A DNA stretch of 64,000 nucleotides. It comes from Mytilus californianus. Its lineage: Eukaryota. Shown here one piece after another: positions 1 to 13,700 of this stretch (position 1 is its first letter; each line of letters opens with the position of its first letter). Under the pieces are notes generated by a model. That model was given only the letters and a program-made list of their open reading frames with translations. It was not told the DNA's origin and searched no databases. Location: assembly GCF_021869535.1 (NCBI RefSeq), contig NW_026262745.1, positions 77,500,001-77,564,000 on the forward strand. The letters run 5' to 3'. The position numbers and the translations under genes were made by a program.

Positions 1-723
1 TGCCTGGGATACGAAAATCCTTAGTATTTAGAATAATTCATACTTTTGCAAACATTAAATTTATAAAATAAAAATACCATATAATTGATAATCATGTCAA
101 AACCGAAGTGCTGGCAAAACACAGAATAAAAAACGTATACGTAAAACAACCTAGGGCAGCACATAAAAACAGCACAACAGTACCACGCATTGTCTATCAC
201 ACGACTTGATCGACGCAATAAAAGTGACGTCACAGGTAAATTTCTAAAAAATTGATATACAAAATGTAGTTCAAGATTAGGTTTGACATTATCGTATTTA
301 ATGTATTTTATAACAATTACAAGATTATTAATATAGCATTGTGTTAGTAATTAGATACTTAATTGTATTATCTAACTATGTCGGTTTTTCCTCTGAATCA
401 AACTGTAAAACAAATAAATCGAATACGTTTAGTTCCTTTAAACAAAAATCTTACAAATGATCTGGGAGATTAATTATCTATACTCTTACATCCGAATAGA
501 AAATGAATAAAAATAGAATTACAACTACAAACAATAAGACATTTAACAATATCCGATCAGATTTATAAATACAACATCATAACCAAACACATGAATGTTG
601 GTTAACAAATACCTTGACACGTCTTATAGCAATGCGAATTCACACTCAGCAAAACAGTCATATTCGGGAAAAGGTCATGTTCAGTACTTAAAAGACCAGA
701 CGACGTAAATGGTAAACCATAAT

Positions 724-1215
724 CTAAGACGTGGTAAAAATGTCCTTAGTAAGTTTAGACAAAGACACATCGTATGGATCGAACAATTCGTGATGGTGTC
801 CATACCATTTACGGAGTGTCATTTTTAATCGTTCCTCCTCATAACTTTGTTGGAGCAGTTTCTGCGCCAGGAGTACACTCCTGTATATGAAGTCCGTATA
901 GTGTGAACATGCTCGAGCATAACTTATCATCTGAGATATGTAAACACCATACGATAGGGCAGAGGGCATTTTACTGCTGAGAAATGAAAATTGATAATTT
1001 GGAAGTTGAAATCGTCCCGTTTGTCATATATTTTAGTGTGAAGTCGTCCATCTGTGTCAATATTGAGAAAAAGATCAAGGTACATGTATGAAGCAGTCCT
1101 TCTAGTATCAGTAGTATCCTTAATTTCAAGTTCACTGGGATATATGAGATGCAAGTATTGGCTGAAATATGAGTTATTCAGTGACAGGACATCACGAATG
1201 AAAAGGCCATGAAAA
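724..1215 (-). mobile_element. Penelope-like retroelement (PLE) reverse transcriptase fragment, frameshifted
   Basis: Overlapping ORFs 927-1154 and 724-969 give IYPSELEIKDTTDT..LDL..DGRLHTKIYDKRDDFNFQIINF / SYGVYISQMISYARAC..KLLQQSY..LRKWYGHH. This is the RT thumb and C-terminal motif set I recognise from molluscan PLEs. The YIDD region is degenerate (IRDVLSLNNS). Confidence 0.85.
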
Positions 1216-1775
1216 AGAACCTGCTTCTACGTACGGTAGTACTCACCAATGGCGTTCAAATTAAAATACGTAAAAGGTCAAATCATATAAGAAGTTTCAG
1301 AGCTTTGCAAACCAAAATAAAATCAAATTGTTATGTGAAATAAGACAAACTCCAATAGCAAAACATCAGAATTGCCTTGACAAACTTTAATGGGTCCGCA
1401 TAAAGGAATAACGATACTAAAATTACAATATGCGTGTTCTGCCATGACCGAATGCCTTGTTTCGCTCTAAAATATCTATCTTATTCGAAAAACAGTGTCA
1501 TTGCAATTGACATTACACAAACTCATAATACCGTGTGGATAAATATTCACACAGTTTTTAGATTTGTGTTGCAGCATTAAAATCATTTCAACGACATGAT
1601 TAACCATAAGTAGGTGTACTGGAGATTTTATTTGATAAGGGACTTTCCGTTTTGAAAAATATTAGGTTATATTATCTTTTTCCCCGAACGAGTATACTAG
1701 TGTTAGAAATAAACAAGGAACGTAATACAGAATACAAAAAATGTCAAAAAGTTCGAACACGTAAATAATATTTAC

Positions 1776-2026
1776 CCAAATACGTATATGTTATCTGATG
1801 TAGATGGAAACGTAACATTCAATGTCCTTTGGCCATATGTCCAGTTGTCATCCTCACTGAACTCTGTGCAATAGTAAGACAAAGAAGTTACCAAAGTTCT
1901 TGTCAAAGTGTCATTGCATCCTCTATAGCACATTAACGATCCTTCACCGTTTACCAAAATTCTATTCAATATGTACATTTTGTCACAGTGATGATTATTG
2001 AATGACACTTTGTACGTTATGTATAC
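1776..2026 (-). CDS. Gene A exon 2: Cys-containing N-terminal domain of a secreted/surface protein (HFxGG..W family)
   Basis: Acceptor ttttttaacAG, then 251 nt open in phase 0: VYITYKVSFNNHHCDKMYILNRILVNGEGSLMCYRGCNDTLTRTLVTSLSYYCTEFSEDDNWTYGQRTLNVTFPSTSDNIYVFG. Phase-2 donor GG|GTAAAT. In frame with exon 1. Confidence 0.85.
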
Positions 2027-4101
2027 CTGTTAAAAAACGTATATGAAATTCAATAAGACTGAGATCAGCTTTTTGTATTCATACATACTAGAATTATCAT
2101 GTTAAATAACCAATAACATGTGAAAAAATAGGAAGACGCTTTTAACGTGTTTGAGACACTATACTAATTTTAAACTCTTAACATTAAGATTAGTGAATTA
2201 AAACTTGCATTAAAATCATAACAAACACAAATAGGTTTAATTGTTAGTTTTGACATCGACAACAATCCCATATTTTTACCTTGAACAGTGAATTAACAAA
2301 ATGTACCTTCAACATGCTCAATATCAAACATCAATAAAATGTACCTGAAAAGCACTTATCTCTACAAAAACAATATTGTAAATACGAACAAAACATATAT
2401 AACAGTGCCAATTTAATTAATAGAAGTTTAAATTTAAAAAAGTTTTAACTCAGCAACTAAAAAGGGGAAATGGGGATAACAAAACAAACAAAAAAAGAAC
2501 TCCGAGGGAAATTCAAAACTGAAAGTCCTTTATAAAATTGGAAAATCAAAAGTCTTACTCCTTACTTACTAAAAATTTGAAAACGCAAGATATTTTGGCA
2601 GTCATCAACCAAACCAACAACAACCGGGAAATCATTTTATGAGCAGCCAACTCTGCTGTAAACCTAGACAGTGTCTATCAGTTCTTGAATAAGACAATCA
2701 GAGATTTCAATCGCATAGGGACATATTGCATCAGTTTAAAACTAAACTAAAACAAAAAAAAAAGCAAAAAAGCAAACAAAAATATCAATAAAAAATTATA
2801 AGAAAGACAAAAAATTATTAATATGGTCCACGAATATTCTCAATTTCTGAAAGTCAGTGCTGCATAAATACACAATGTTTTCAAACCTAAAAAGTATTTT
2901 CAACATCATTGAACTTTTTATTAAGTTTCAGATTAACAGACACCATTGAAGTTTTGAAAACAAAATTAATGTGTGCAACCATTTTCGTTTTTTTACAAAT
3001 TAAAAATAATTTGTTTGATTTCTCATCTATGTCCAGTAAGTTGCTAATACCAGGAAACAGCGCAAGGTTGTATTCTGCGAAGAAGTATAATTTATTTAAT
3101 ACATTTTTACATATCAATTGTAGTCTTACGTTACTACTATATTTAGTACATTTGTAATAATGAAATATATTTAGTGGGTCATGTAAATTTGCTTCCTGTC
3201 AATTTTATATTGAAAGTTTTAATGTGACTGTTTTATTCTGAAATTTGTAAATTGATCTTCTATAGTTCGTCGTATGAATCTGTCTCATATGCTTCATTTT
3301 TAAATGATAGATACCATTGTTTGCTTCGACCAACAAACTTAAAACGTTAGTTTCTATAAAAAATATATATCCATGTGCTACTTCTACAGATAAATTAGAT
3401 CAACATTTTAGAAATTTACTCAAAGTTTTGTGTTTTTTTAAACTTTTATCCTTTGGTAAGACAAATCTAACTTTTTTGTTTGAAAAGATAAATAAAAACG
3501 GATTTTTGTAGAAATATTTGGAACATCTTCTAGATATAGGTATGCTTTATTTATGTAACAATTCTTTGGAAATAATTATTTTGTATTAAAGTTTCCTGAT
3601 TTTAGAAAAAGAGACGGCATATTTCCTAAATAGCAAAAAAGTTCGGTGATTTGTTCATAAGAATTGGTACAAATATTTTTCATACAAAATCAAGCCAAGT
3701 ATCATTTTTACCGAGAAGAGTCCATGAACTAGCATTCAATCAGTCGAAAATGCATCTTTTCCCAACAATTCGATGTTTGCAATTGACGTCATGAAAAGCA
3801 CGATTTCACGCTGGTTATGTCGAAACTTCCCCTATAACTGTATCTCACACTTTCGTGGTTCGTTGTCATAATGAGTGAAATATGTAATAGATGTAGCTCT
3901 ATATTTAGTATCGTCGTTATAAAATAATATTGTCTCATAAACTTATGACTAGAATGCAGTCTTCATACACCAAATAGAATTCACAGGAAAATTAAAAAAA
4001 AAAATAACGCGATGCAGTAAATAATAAAATATAATTTGTGGGCTCATATTTTGTTATGGTTTGAAAATGTTATTTTGAAATTTACAAAATGTATGTATTA
4101 C

Positions 4102-4206
4102 CTGATTGTCTCTGTACTTCCATGTTACCATTCCTCCTTGAAAATGAGATCCATGGACATAAATGATTTGTAATACCATAAAAATAATCAGCACGAACAG
4201 TCTCAT
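4102..4206 (-). CDS. Gene A exon 1: signal peptide + SHFQGGMVTWKY motif
   Basis: ATG at 4206, 35 codons MRLFVLIIFMVLQIIYVHG|SHFQGGMVTWKYRDNQ. Phase-0 donor CAG|GTAATA matches the phase-0 acceptor at 2026. Missed by the ORF track because it is short. Confidence 0.88.
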
Positions 4207-5835
4207 GATTGGTGTTTTCATTATCCTTCCAATCCAGTAGGTTATCGCATTGAAATGCTAATATGTGTGCAAACGTTTAAACAGGTACATCATATTACAA
4301 TATGTTCTGCAAGACTAGATTCATTTGAAAGTGATTAATGGAATCATCTTATTTAACGAAAAAACTTCCGTAATTTTGTACGATTATTACATAATACTAT
4401 TTTGTCGAGTCACAGTGTCAAATTATACAAGTGACGGGCGTTTTGTATCAATCAACCAACAAAAGCATTGTTTGTTAACAAAAGACATAGATATATCTAT
4501 GTCGAATTCTATTCGATATTTTGCTACGTACGTGAAGGAAACAAAACTTCTTTGTTAGTAAACTTTTTATTCTGATTACAATCAACGAAATTTTATATTT
4601 AGATAGGCTCCATATGCTTGTTTTAAAGTTTTTTAACCACTGGCTTCGTTGTTTCAGAAAAAAAAGATTTTGATATAGCTTAGCCTACTCTTTTGCCAAA
4701 AGACGGACAAAAAATATGTTGTAAAGGACAAATTCTGTATGATCTAAAATACATTTTCATATTGATAATAGTCCAGTACCAGTTACAATACCGCTCTGTG
4801 TGAGTTATAATACAGAATTTACAGTTTATCTCCAATATTTGGAACTCCGTTTGGAAAGATTCTTGTGAAAAAAACTCTTCTTGCTTTCTCAAAATCTGAA
4901 CTTACCAAGACTTTGTATATTTTAAAATCAACTATTCTATTATTTACAAAGGATACAATTTCAAACAGAAACAAAATATAAGCTCCGAGTTATTTGCTAT
5001 ATTTATTATCCACATTACTTGGTACTGGGGAGTGTGTGTTTCATTTGTAACTGTTGATTAGGTTTTTTCGATACTTTTTTTTAAAGTATTTTATCTTTTT
5101 TGGATTTGCTAGCAGCACATATAAAAATAGCACAATTTGTTTTATTCTATTTAAGATGATTAAGATTATAGCCCAATGTTGACTGTTGTATCCCTATTTT
5201 TGACATGTTTACCTATTTTCATGGTTATGTCTGTTTGTTTTGTTCACACATCCGTTGTCAATATAATATAATTTTGTGGGGCTGTCGTGCCGGTGAGATG
5301 TTTGGCTAGCTATGACACCAGCTTTAATTCACATAAGAAAATACATGTACCAAGTAATGAATATGACAATTGTTATCCATTCGTTTGATGTGTTTGAGGT
5401 TTTGATTAAGCCATTTGGTTTGAGAATTTCCGTATTGAATTTTCTTCGCTGTTCGGTATTTTTGTTATTTCTATTTTTACTTATATGACCGATCAACCCC
5501 AAACCACTACGAACAAGTTATTTAAATCCTTAGTTTATTTGCCATAATTTCGGAATCGTTGATAAAATCAGTATTACAGTGATGATGTTTATTTATAAAG
5601 TTCTCTTTCACAATATAAGCCGTGTGTAACTGAGTGCACTAGCAATGCAAGACAATATTTATTTTGCTTTTTTTAAATCAGTTTAAACTGATAGGTGTAT
5701 TTTATAGGAATAACAAGTCGGGTGTCTCTTGTGAAGCAGGATTTTATTACACTTCTGAGATCATTCTCGTTGTTTTTGTAGAGAGTGTGCTGCTCAGTTC
5801 AGTCTATAGTTTTCAATGTTGTGTTTTATGAACTA

Positions 5836-6046
5836 CTGTGGATTCATTATTATTCGTTTGATACCAATTTTCGTGGGTTTTGTGGGTACAGTTGAACCAC
5901 AAATTCAAATGTTGAACGAATTACAAATTTTGTATTGAATATGTATTCAGAGATTGGCAAAACCACGAAATCAAATATCCCCGAAAATGCAATTTTTTTT
6001 CTCAATCCACGAAAATTGATACCCACGAAAATAAATGAATCCACAG
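5836..6046. mobile_element. Tc1/mariner-type MITE
   Basis: TA-CTGTGGATTCATT...AATGAATCCACAG-TA: perfect terminal inverted repeats with TA on both sides, plus internal CCACGAAAA repeats. A second copy is at about 22882-23071. Confidence 0.8.
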
Positions 6047-9000
6047 TATTCTTTGTCATTTTGCCGTTTTTTGTTTTTGTTATGCTATTGTCTTCTTTTT
6101 TCAGCTGATGAGTTTCAACTCTATTCCTTTGATATGTTTTACCTCTCTTTTACTCCATGTGTAAACACACAACTGATATAGAAACTAGGAATATACCTTC
6201 ACACGATCAGTTTCTTTATACTTAGTTATGGTGTTAATAGCTAACTCGATTCAGTTGAAAAAATATCCCTTTGGTATCTTTGGCCTCTTTTTCGCCAGAC
6301 AGGAAATTTGTCCCTAACATAATGAAGCTTTGAATTTGAAACAGAACAAAAATCGTACTGGTAAACAAACAGATTACGATTTGACTACGTGTGGGGTTTT
6401 TTATTATTGTCTTGTACTAAATTGTAATAGAGATATACAAACTTTACGAGTTCGTATAAATCTTTAGTAATAAATTTCAATTATTTTTTTGGCTTCAAAA
6501 TACTTTTTTTTAGAGCTATTATAAATAATGAAGAGAATAATTGAAAGGGCGCTGTTTTATCATGTTAATCATGCATCAGTAAAATAATTCAATGTTAAAT
6601 GTTTATACATTTGAATACTAGTACTAATTATTAACATTTCATCCACCAGAAGTTGTTGTTATTTTCGTACAATGCATAACATAGTTTTATTTTCTAGACA
6701 ATAGTCATGATGAACTTTGTCTAAACAGTTGTTAACACAAAATATATGACCACCACGTAATGTTTATTGATATACGGTCAACTTATGAAAATTTTTGATA
6801 ATGCATATTAGCTTAGCATGAATTGTCAAATTTCTCTTATACAAGCATGAATATTCAAACATAAAAAAGATGCATGTCAATTTTTCATAAACAAAGTCAT
6901 TTCTCTATTATAACTTGAATAAATATCAAACTATATAGATTAATAATATAATATTTTGGTTAAACGATAACTGGGAGTCACTTTCTTTACATTCAATTTG
7001 TATGAAGATAATCAATATAATATAATATTAGAATATTAAATTTATCCCCAAAAAAATATTTAAAAGGTAGCATATTCATTGTATTGTCAAGAATTTGTAT
7101 AGTAGGAATGCTCGCTATCAAAAATCCTACTTATTGTGAGTGATTTATTTATTTTTATTTTCAAATATTTGTACTAAGATTTCATTAATTATAATTGTAT
7201 GAAAATACCAAAAGTACGATTACATTGCTAAATGACCCCACTTTGTGTATTGAAATCTTAACTTTTACATTAACCGTAATATTTTGAATTAAACTAAATG
7301 TGCAAATAAGAAGTACAATAACAGGGCCTAGTTTAACATGTGCTAACAGTAACTATAGGTAGAAAAGGGTATACTTTTTTTAACAGTGACCATATGATAC
7401 TTTAACAAATTAAATCTATTATTCAAAGTATTGATTGAATTTTAATTTTATGACCAAATGCATGAATGTGAAATACCTTCTGCATTTATTATAATATCAT
7501 TTCCCCCTAATTGAACAACTGCATGAATCCAAGTTAACCTTTTTTACAGAGGTCCTTTAGATGAAATGTATAGCCGTAAGCCTGTAGCATGTCAGGTCTA
7601 TTAGTAGTGCAGCAAACAACACAACATTAGTTCCTTTTGAAGTATTCTAATATATCATTGTGAATAAATTTAATATATAGATTGCCTCAAATTGTCCTCA
7701 TGATTCAAGTAAAACTCTACATTATGTGATCAGGAGATAGAGTAAGTGAGTATGTTTCTTATAAGCAATTCAATCGGGGAAAATAACAGTTAGCAACAAA
7801 TATTCCGAACTCCACGGTTTTATAAAAAATGGAAAGTCAACAAAAACTGACGTAATGTAACATCCGTTGATAAACGTTAGACGAAATTGTGTAGCTTTTA
7901 TGATCTTTATACTGCCAAGACCAGTAGAGACTAACGTTTTAGAGGATCAACCAATGTTGCTTCTATGGACCTTTTTGTAGTGGTAAAATATTAATTCTTC
8001 CTGTTTGAAGTTCTGGTTATCATTTAGCATGTGCTACAATACACATATCAGCAATTACTCTGTGGTTGTGATCAAAACGCCGAGTATTTCGGAATCCGCT
8101 TACTGAGGTAGTGCTCATAGATAACTCACATCATCTGACCGCTCAAACATGCGTGGTATTTCAAATTGTTTTACTATTCAATCAAAAATAGGTTTTGTTG
8201 CATTCTTTTCACGACATAGTATAGTTTCCCAGATGTTTATCGTCTGGTAAAGGTTTGACATCAGTTGAAGTAAATCATTTAACGTAGGCGTCGAAAATTA
8301 AGAAAATCATTCTATAACACGTGCTTTGCAATACGGATGGTGTCTACGTACAAAGCATACACTTCACTTGTAAATAGTTTTTTACAAGCATTTGCGAAAT
8401 AGTTTTCTAATGGACAGTGGTGCCTCTGTCATCGTGTTTCTGACTAAACCTAACATGGTTGGATATCATTAAGTTTGGACACGTCTAAATGTTTAAACTT
8501 TTGAATGTACCAGTTCATATGTAGTTGATATATTTGTACAGTATATTGTATTAGTTAATAATGATATTTCTGTTTGTCTTCTTCTTTAAAATATTTCACC
8601 AAGTGTACAATTTTTGAATGGTTTAAACTACATACACAATTTTCATTTTCCTATTTGAATCAAACAAGATTTTCACCCTTCACAATGCATTGCCATATTC
8701 AAAGTGAAATGTATATTACACAAAACAAGATTCCATTACTTGCATGCATGTATTATTAATATCTGTTTTGTTAAGGACATGACTAGTATTTTGTTTAATG
8801 ATCTATATAGAGCTGATATGCAAGTTCTACAGTATACTGACACCAACTAAACTTTGCTTCCATACCATCCGTTTCATCTTCAATAAATCATAATTTTACA
8901 CAAACAAAACAGATAGAAGCTCTGTCACATAGTAATTAAAGTATAAGTTTTAAAGTGACAAATCAGAAGAAGCGACAATAAACCTGGAGTAGATTAAGTT

Positions 9001-11950
9001 TAGATGAATGACAATCTATTTAATAAAATAATAGAATCGAGTTTTGTTGTAATACTGAATTAGTATTTCTACTTAATAAAAACTGATTTTAAACTTTTAA
9101 ATCGATGTGATACACTTGTTCAATTTAAAAAAAAATCGATGGAATTATAATTGTTTTTCGTGACATCCATTATTTTTGTTTGACTGTTGGTAATTTACAT
9201 TATATACATTTATTGTAGATAAATCAAATGTTACGCCTGTATTTGAATGCAATGTTAACATTCTAAGTAGTCTAAATTGTCTTTTTTTTTTTTCTTTTAC
9301 TAGGAATAATTCGCAATCTATAATTCGTATGTATTTGAAACTGTTGTCGACAATTGCAATTGACTGTCCCTCTGGTATCTTTCGCTCCTCCCTTTGCATG
9401 TGAGTATGTTAGTTTTTAGTGTTGAGTATCGTCTGTTCTTTTAACCATTAGCTATTATTAGATATTTAGATGTTTGATTGGTGGTTGTAATTCAGTTTTG
9501 GTTCAGATTCATATTTTGTGAGAATGTGGAAGACCAATGGGTACCAATTACTGCATACGACTGACTACATGCTTCACGTATAATAATGTTAATAAAAGAG
9601 ATACATGATCTACGACATATAATAAAACATGTGTAAATAGCAAAAAAAATATAGAAATTACAGAAAAACATCAAGACACTAAGAGGTGATCATAAATCTG
9701 CAACAAAAGACAATTTTCTATCATGCATTAAATCAAGTGTAAATCGTAGAGTATTGCATTTTCAGAAAGCATCAAAACTTTGCCATCAACACCAATAGAT
9801 CAAAGTATTTAGATACGTTGTCTGTAAAATAAATGGTTATGAATGTATAGCTTTGTTTTCGCCAATTCGGACTGAGATGAAAGATTTGTACTTTACTGAG
9901 CATACGTGCAGCGCTATACGATGTCATATACAATGCACTAAATGGTACTATATACAATAATCTAAATGTTACCATAAACCATACGCTAAATGAAAGATAC
10001 ATGTATATAGACGATGACCCAACGTTAAAGGAGCACTAAACAAATGTTATATTGACCGAATTGAAAAAGTGTTAATGTTTGCGTTACATGGATTGTAAAG
10101 GTACCCCAGACTATCGTATATCGATATCGAAAAACGACCAAAAAAGTCCAAAAAACCTGATTAAGTAGGAAAATACATTGGACTTTCATTGAATTTCACA
10201 GCGATTTCCGTATTTTTGGTAGCTCGTCTCACTTTTCATATATCCGTTTTCATTTATAAAGTTCAAATTTTAAATAAGGCAGTTCTGGTATGCGTCTTCT
10301 TTTTTTTCTGTTTCTGGAGATGAACATGTTCGACCTAATATAATTATGTTGATTAGCAATAAATTTGATTTACTTACCCTATAGACGTCGACTTCGACGA
10401 TTGGCAGACCTTTTCCATTCCCATATTTTTGGATTCTCTATGTTTTATTTCTATTTTAATGATGATTCTAAAGATCCTTTTATAGAGTCGATTTTTAAAA
10501 ATGTTGTGATATGCATGTGTTTTGGTTGAATCTGGTTTGATTTTTTTTAATTTGATTTCTTATAGCTATTTACTGTCGAACATTTTATAGCATTGTTTTC
10601 TCAATAAGGTTTACAGTTAAAAAATATCATAATATTTCTAGAGTTATGTATTTTCCGATTTCTCTATGAGTTTTTCTCACATCATCTTTTTATCGTTGAA
10701 AAAGGGTATCGAAAATCATCCCTTTATCCGTGGTTGCTGTAAGACGCTTTATTTACCTGTACAGTTGTTGCTTGGGTTTTCTCTGAGTTCCGCATTCCTA
10801 GTATAAATAACGTGTAGCTACTCAGTCATAGTTGTACCGACCCCGCAAGGGCTTAACAGCCAGTCAATGTAGTTAAAATCAGCCTACTAGATAGTTAAAG
10901 TTGTCATTTTGTACAGAAGACAGCAGACAGCGCACATCGGAAAGGTAGGAAAGTAAAAAGTTTAAAACGAGTACCAAAAAAGAAGTGTTTGAAACCTGCT
11001 GATAGAATATAGATAGGAGGAGACGGTTGGTTCGGTACAAGTTGTCCATACAGAGCTGATGATAAGGTTTTGCGTTTCACATCTCTCACTTTTGCAGTGA
11101 GTGTTTGCTGATTAACCATGCCTTACGTTGTTGTTATGACAATTTAGACATATTATTTTAATAAGGTTTCATACGAAAGTTTACATAGTTCTTATTGGAG
11201 TTTCATACATTAGTTTTCTAATAGGTTATATACATTTAAGTTTCAGCCAAGTTCCATACATTCATGACATTTAGGTCTCCGCCAATTTCAATGCACTTAG
11301 GTTTCAGCCTATAGCTCTAAACATTTGGTTTTCACAAGTATCAGACTGAAAGGGTTTTAAACAGTGTGAATTTACCAGGTTCGGATTAGGTTGTTAGGTG
11401 TCGAAATTCATTTTATGTAGTATTTGTTTTATATTTGGAAGTAAAGCGTAAACTATTAGACTTTCGAAATTTTGCATTGCTTTTAAAATCTCAGAAAACT
11501 GGTACGAACCCGAGGATAAAAATATTAAAACGCCTCGGCCCGGTTACATGTTACAATACAAATAGCAGCGCACACTAATTATGTGATGAGTACAAAATGT
11601 AGTATATCTATTCTTAAGAGCAACCATATTACGGAATTGTTGATATTTCTTTATGATAAAAGCTCTATAACTACTAGTACTGTATTAACAGTGTTTGTTT
11701 TCAATTTGTATTGGTTAATATCATTGTTCTCAAGTAAACCTTAAACAGATTCATGCTAACATTTTGTACAAATATTGTGACCAAATGTTAATAAAGTCTA
11801 CCTCTTTAATTAATCTGATATAAATGTATCTGGAACATTGTAGAAGTTGTAGAAGTAGTCTTCATACTTCAAATCATCATCCATTTTTAATTAAACGAAA
11901 AAAAAAAGATTTTTTTAAACTATACAAAAACGTTTCCCTCGGTCTACTTA

Positions 11951-12228
11951 GGGAACAACCTTTTAACTTCAAAAAGGGGGGTATTGTTTTTTGCCTGAGT
12001 CTGAATTTTTTTCGCTCAAAGTGCGAACATTTTTTTTAGTTTTTCGACGCTATCAATCAAATTATTTTTTTTCTTCAAAATTTAACACTGTAAGGTATGG
12101 GGAAAATCTGGGTTGAGAATATTGTTTTGTCATCTGCTTGACTACAATATTTGTTTCCATCAAATTGGGGATCAGAATATTTTTTGGAAAAAAACAATAT
12201 CCCCCCTTAAAGTTAAATTGTCGTTCCC
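11951..12228. mobile_element. MITE with long TIRs, PIF/Harbinger-like
   Basis: Left GGGAACAACCTTTTAACTTC..GGGGGGTATTGTTTTTT pairs with right AAAAAACAATATCCCCCCTTAAAGTTAAATTGTCGTTCCC. TTA flanks both ends (11948-50, 12229-31). Confidence 0.7.
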
Positions 12229-12989
12229 TTAGAATTTGTCTTACAAAGTTTAAAAAAAAAAGGAGAACATCTTCTCGTTTATAAGTCTTATGGTTATTTT
12301 CCTTTTTTTTTCTCTTTTTCAAGAGGAAGGTTATGATGTATCAATTTTTGACTGTGTCTCTGTGTCTCTATTGTTTTAGTCGTATATTACCTTTTTTCCA
12401 TTGATTTTCACTTCTATAATTTTTAATATTAAAACAATTAAAACACAAATGATAATCATCAGCAAATAGTTAAGTTACTACGCAGAGATGATTTAATGTA
12501 TCGAATGCATTTAGTATTTGCTTACTTTTAATTCTTTTATTTCAACGAATTTAACGTGTCTATAGTTTAATTCAACAAAAAAGAGTAGATCAATACGATA
12601 TGTAACTTACATTTAACCATGGAGGTAAAATAAAAGGTCAATATAATTCTTCCATGATCTAACACATATATTCTCATTTTAATGGTGTTAGATGTAAATT
12701 AAAATCGATTGTAAATCCTATTGTGACTTTACAAAACATTTTGTATGCATGTATTAGTAATACGGTATCGTTGGCTAGAGCACAAAGAGTTAATGTTGAG
12801 TTGTTGAGATGTAAATACCAGTCTTGTGGGATTTACTCGATGATTTAGAAATGAACATTCAATCTTTCGGATTTTTTTCTCTGATATGTAAGTTTAAAAA
12901 TCATTTACAATAAGATTGTCTGAGTTTTGAATGTCCTGATATGTAACATGGAAAAACTACGTCATCAAGCAAACAAAAAAAACCCTTAA

Positions 12990-13405
12990 AGTCACTTCAC
13001 ATACTCGCGGCTTATTACGATTCCTTACGAATCACACAAATTCACGGATCCGTACGATTTACAACTTTTACGACCGATTTAATAGTTGTCATGAGCTATA
13101 TACTGTAACGGTTTAAAACAGATTTTTTTGAGTTATAACGATGCCTTTAAACCATAATTCCACGATGTTGTACGAGTTGTCACGGATAACTACGAGCAAC
13201 TTGCATGTATGGACATATAACGAGCTTTTTATTGATTGTTACCTGCATATTACGAAATGTAATGATTTACCAAAGCACGACCTGTTTACGTAAATGAAAG
13301 TTCTTGTAATAATCCGTAACAATCCATAAAGCCATCGTAACACGACCGGAATGAAATCGTACACAACACGTAAACACTCGTAACTATGCGTAAATAATCT
13401 GTACA
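12990..13405. repeat. Probable non-autonomous DNA transposon with TACGA/TCGTA subterminal repeats
   Basis: Dense (T)TACGA motifs in the left part switch to CGTAA/TCGTA (reverse complement) in the right part. Termini not resolved. Confidence 0.45.
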
Positions 13406-13529
13406 AAAATCTTAAACTAAAAGAGAGGTAAAAGACAGCAAAGGTACATTTAACCGTAAGGGTGACTTGAACTTTAGTTTAAGAATCATCAAAAACTTCC
13501 CAAGAAATAACCCTCAATTAAGAAAGTCA

Positions 13530-13700
13530 AAATGGAAGTACACAAATATCGTATCAACTTGGTATGTATACTCCATATGCAGGTGTTGTTTACTGTTGCT
13601 ATACAGAATGGTAAGTTAACAATGGGGAAATTGACATTATCTCTGTTGTCGTAAAGTTGAGTTCTCAATCGACCATTATTGTTAAGTTTGTCAAGTTAGG
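13530..13700 (-). mobile_element. PLE RT fragment (degenerate)
   Basis: Reverse strand reads NNNGRLRTQLYDNRDNVNFPIVNLPF..AYGVY..LIRY with frameshifts. Confidence 0.75.

Noticed and set aside
7900-8480. GC-richer, coding-looking stretch between genes A and B
   Set aside because: Stops in every frame I read and no motif I can name; possibly an old transposase relic, but unsupported.
9500-9600. Possible exon ECGRPMGTNYCIRLTT resembling a CTLD start
   Set aside because: Weak splice sites, and gene B is already complete with a signal peptide at 14951.
10904-11119. 71-aa minus-strand ORF
   Set aside because: No recognisable domain or convincing splice context.
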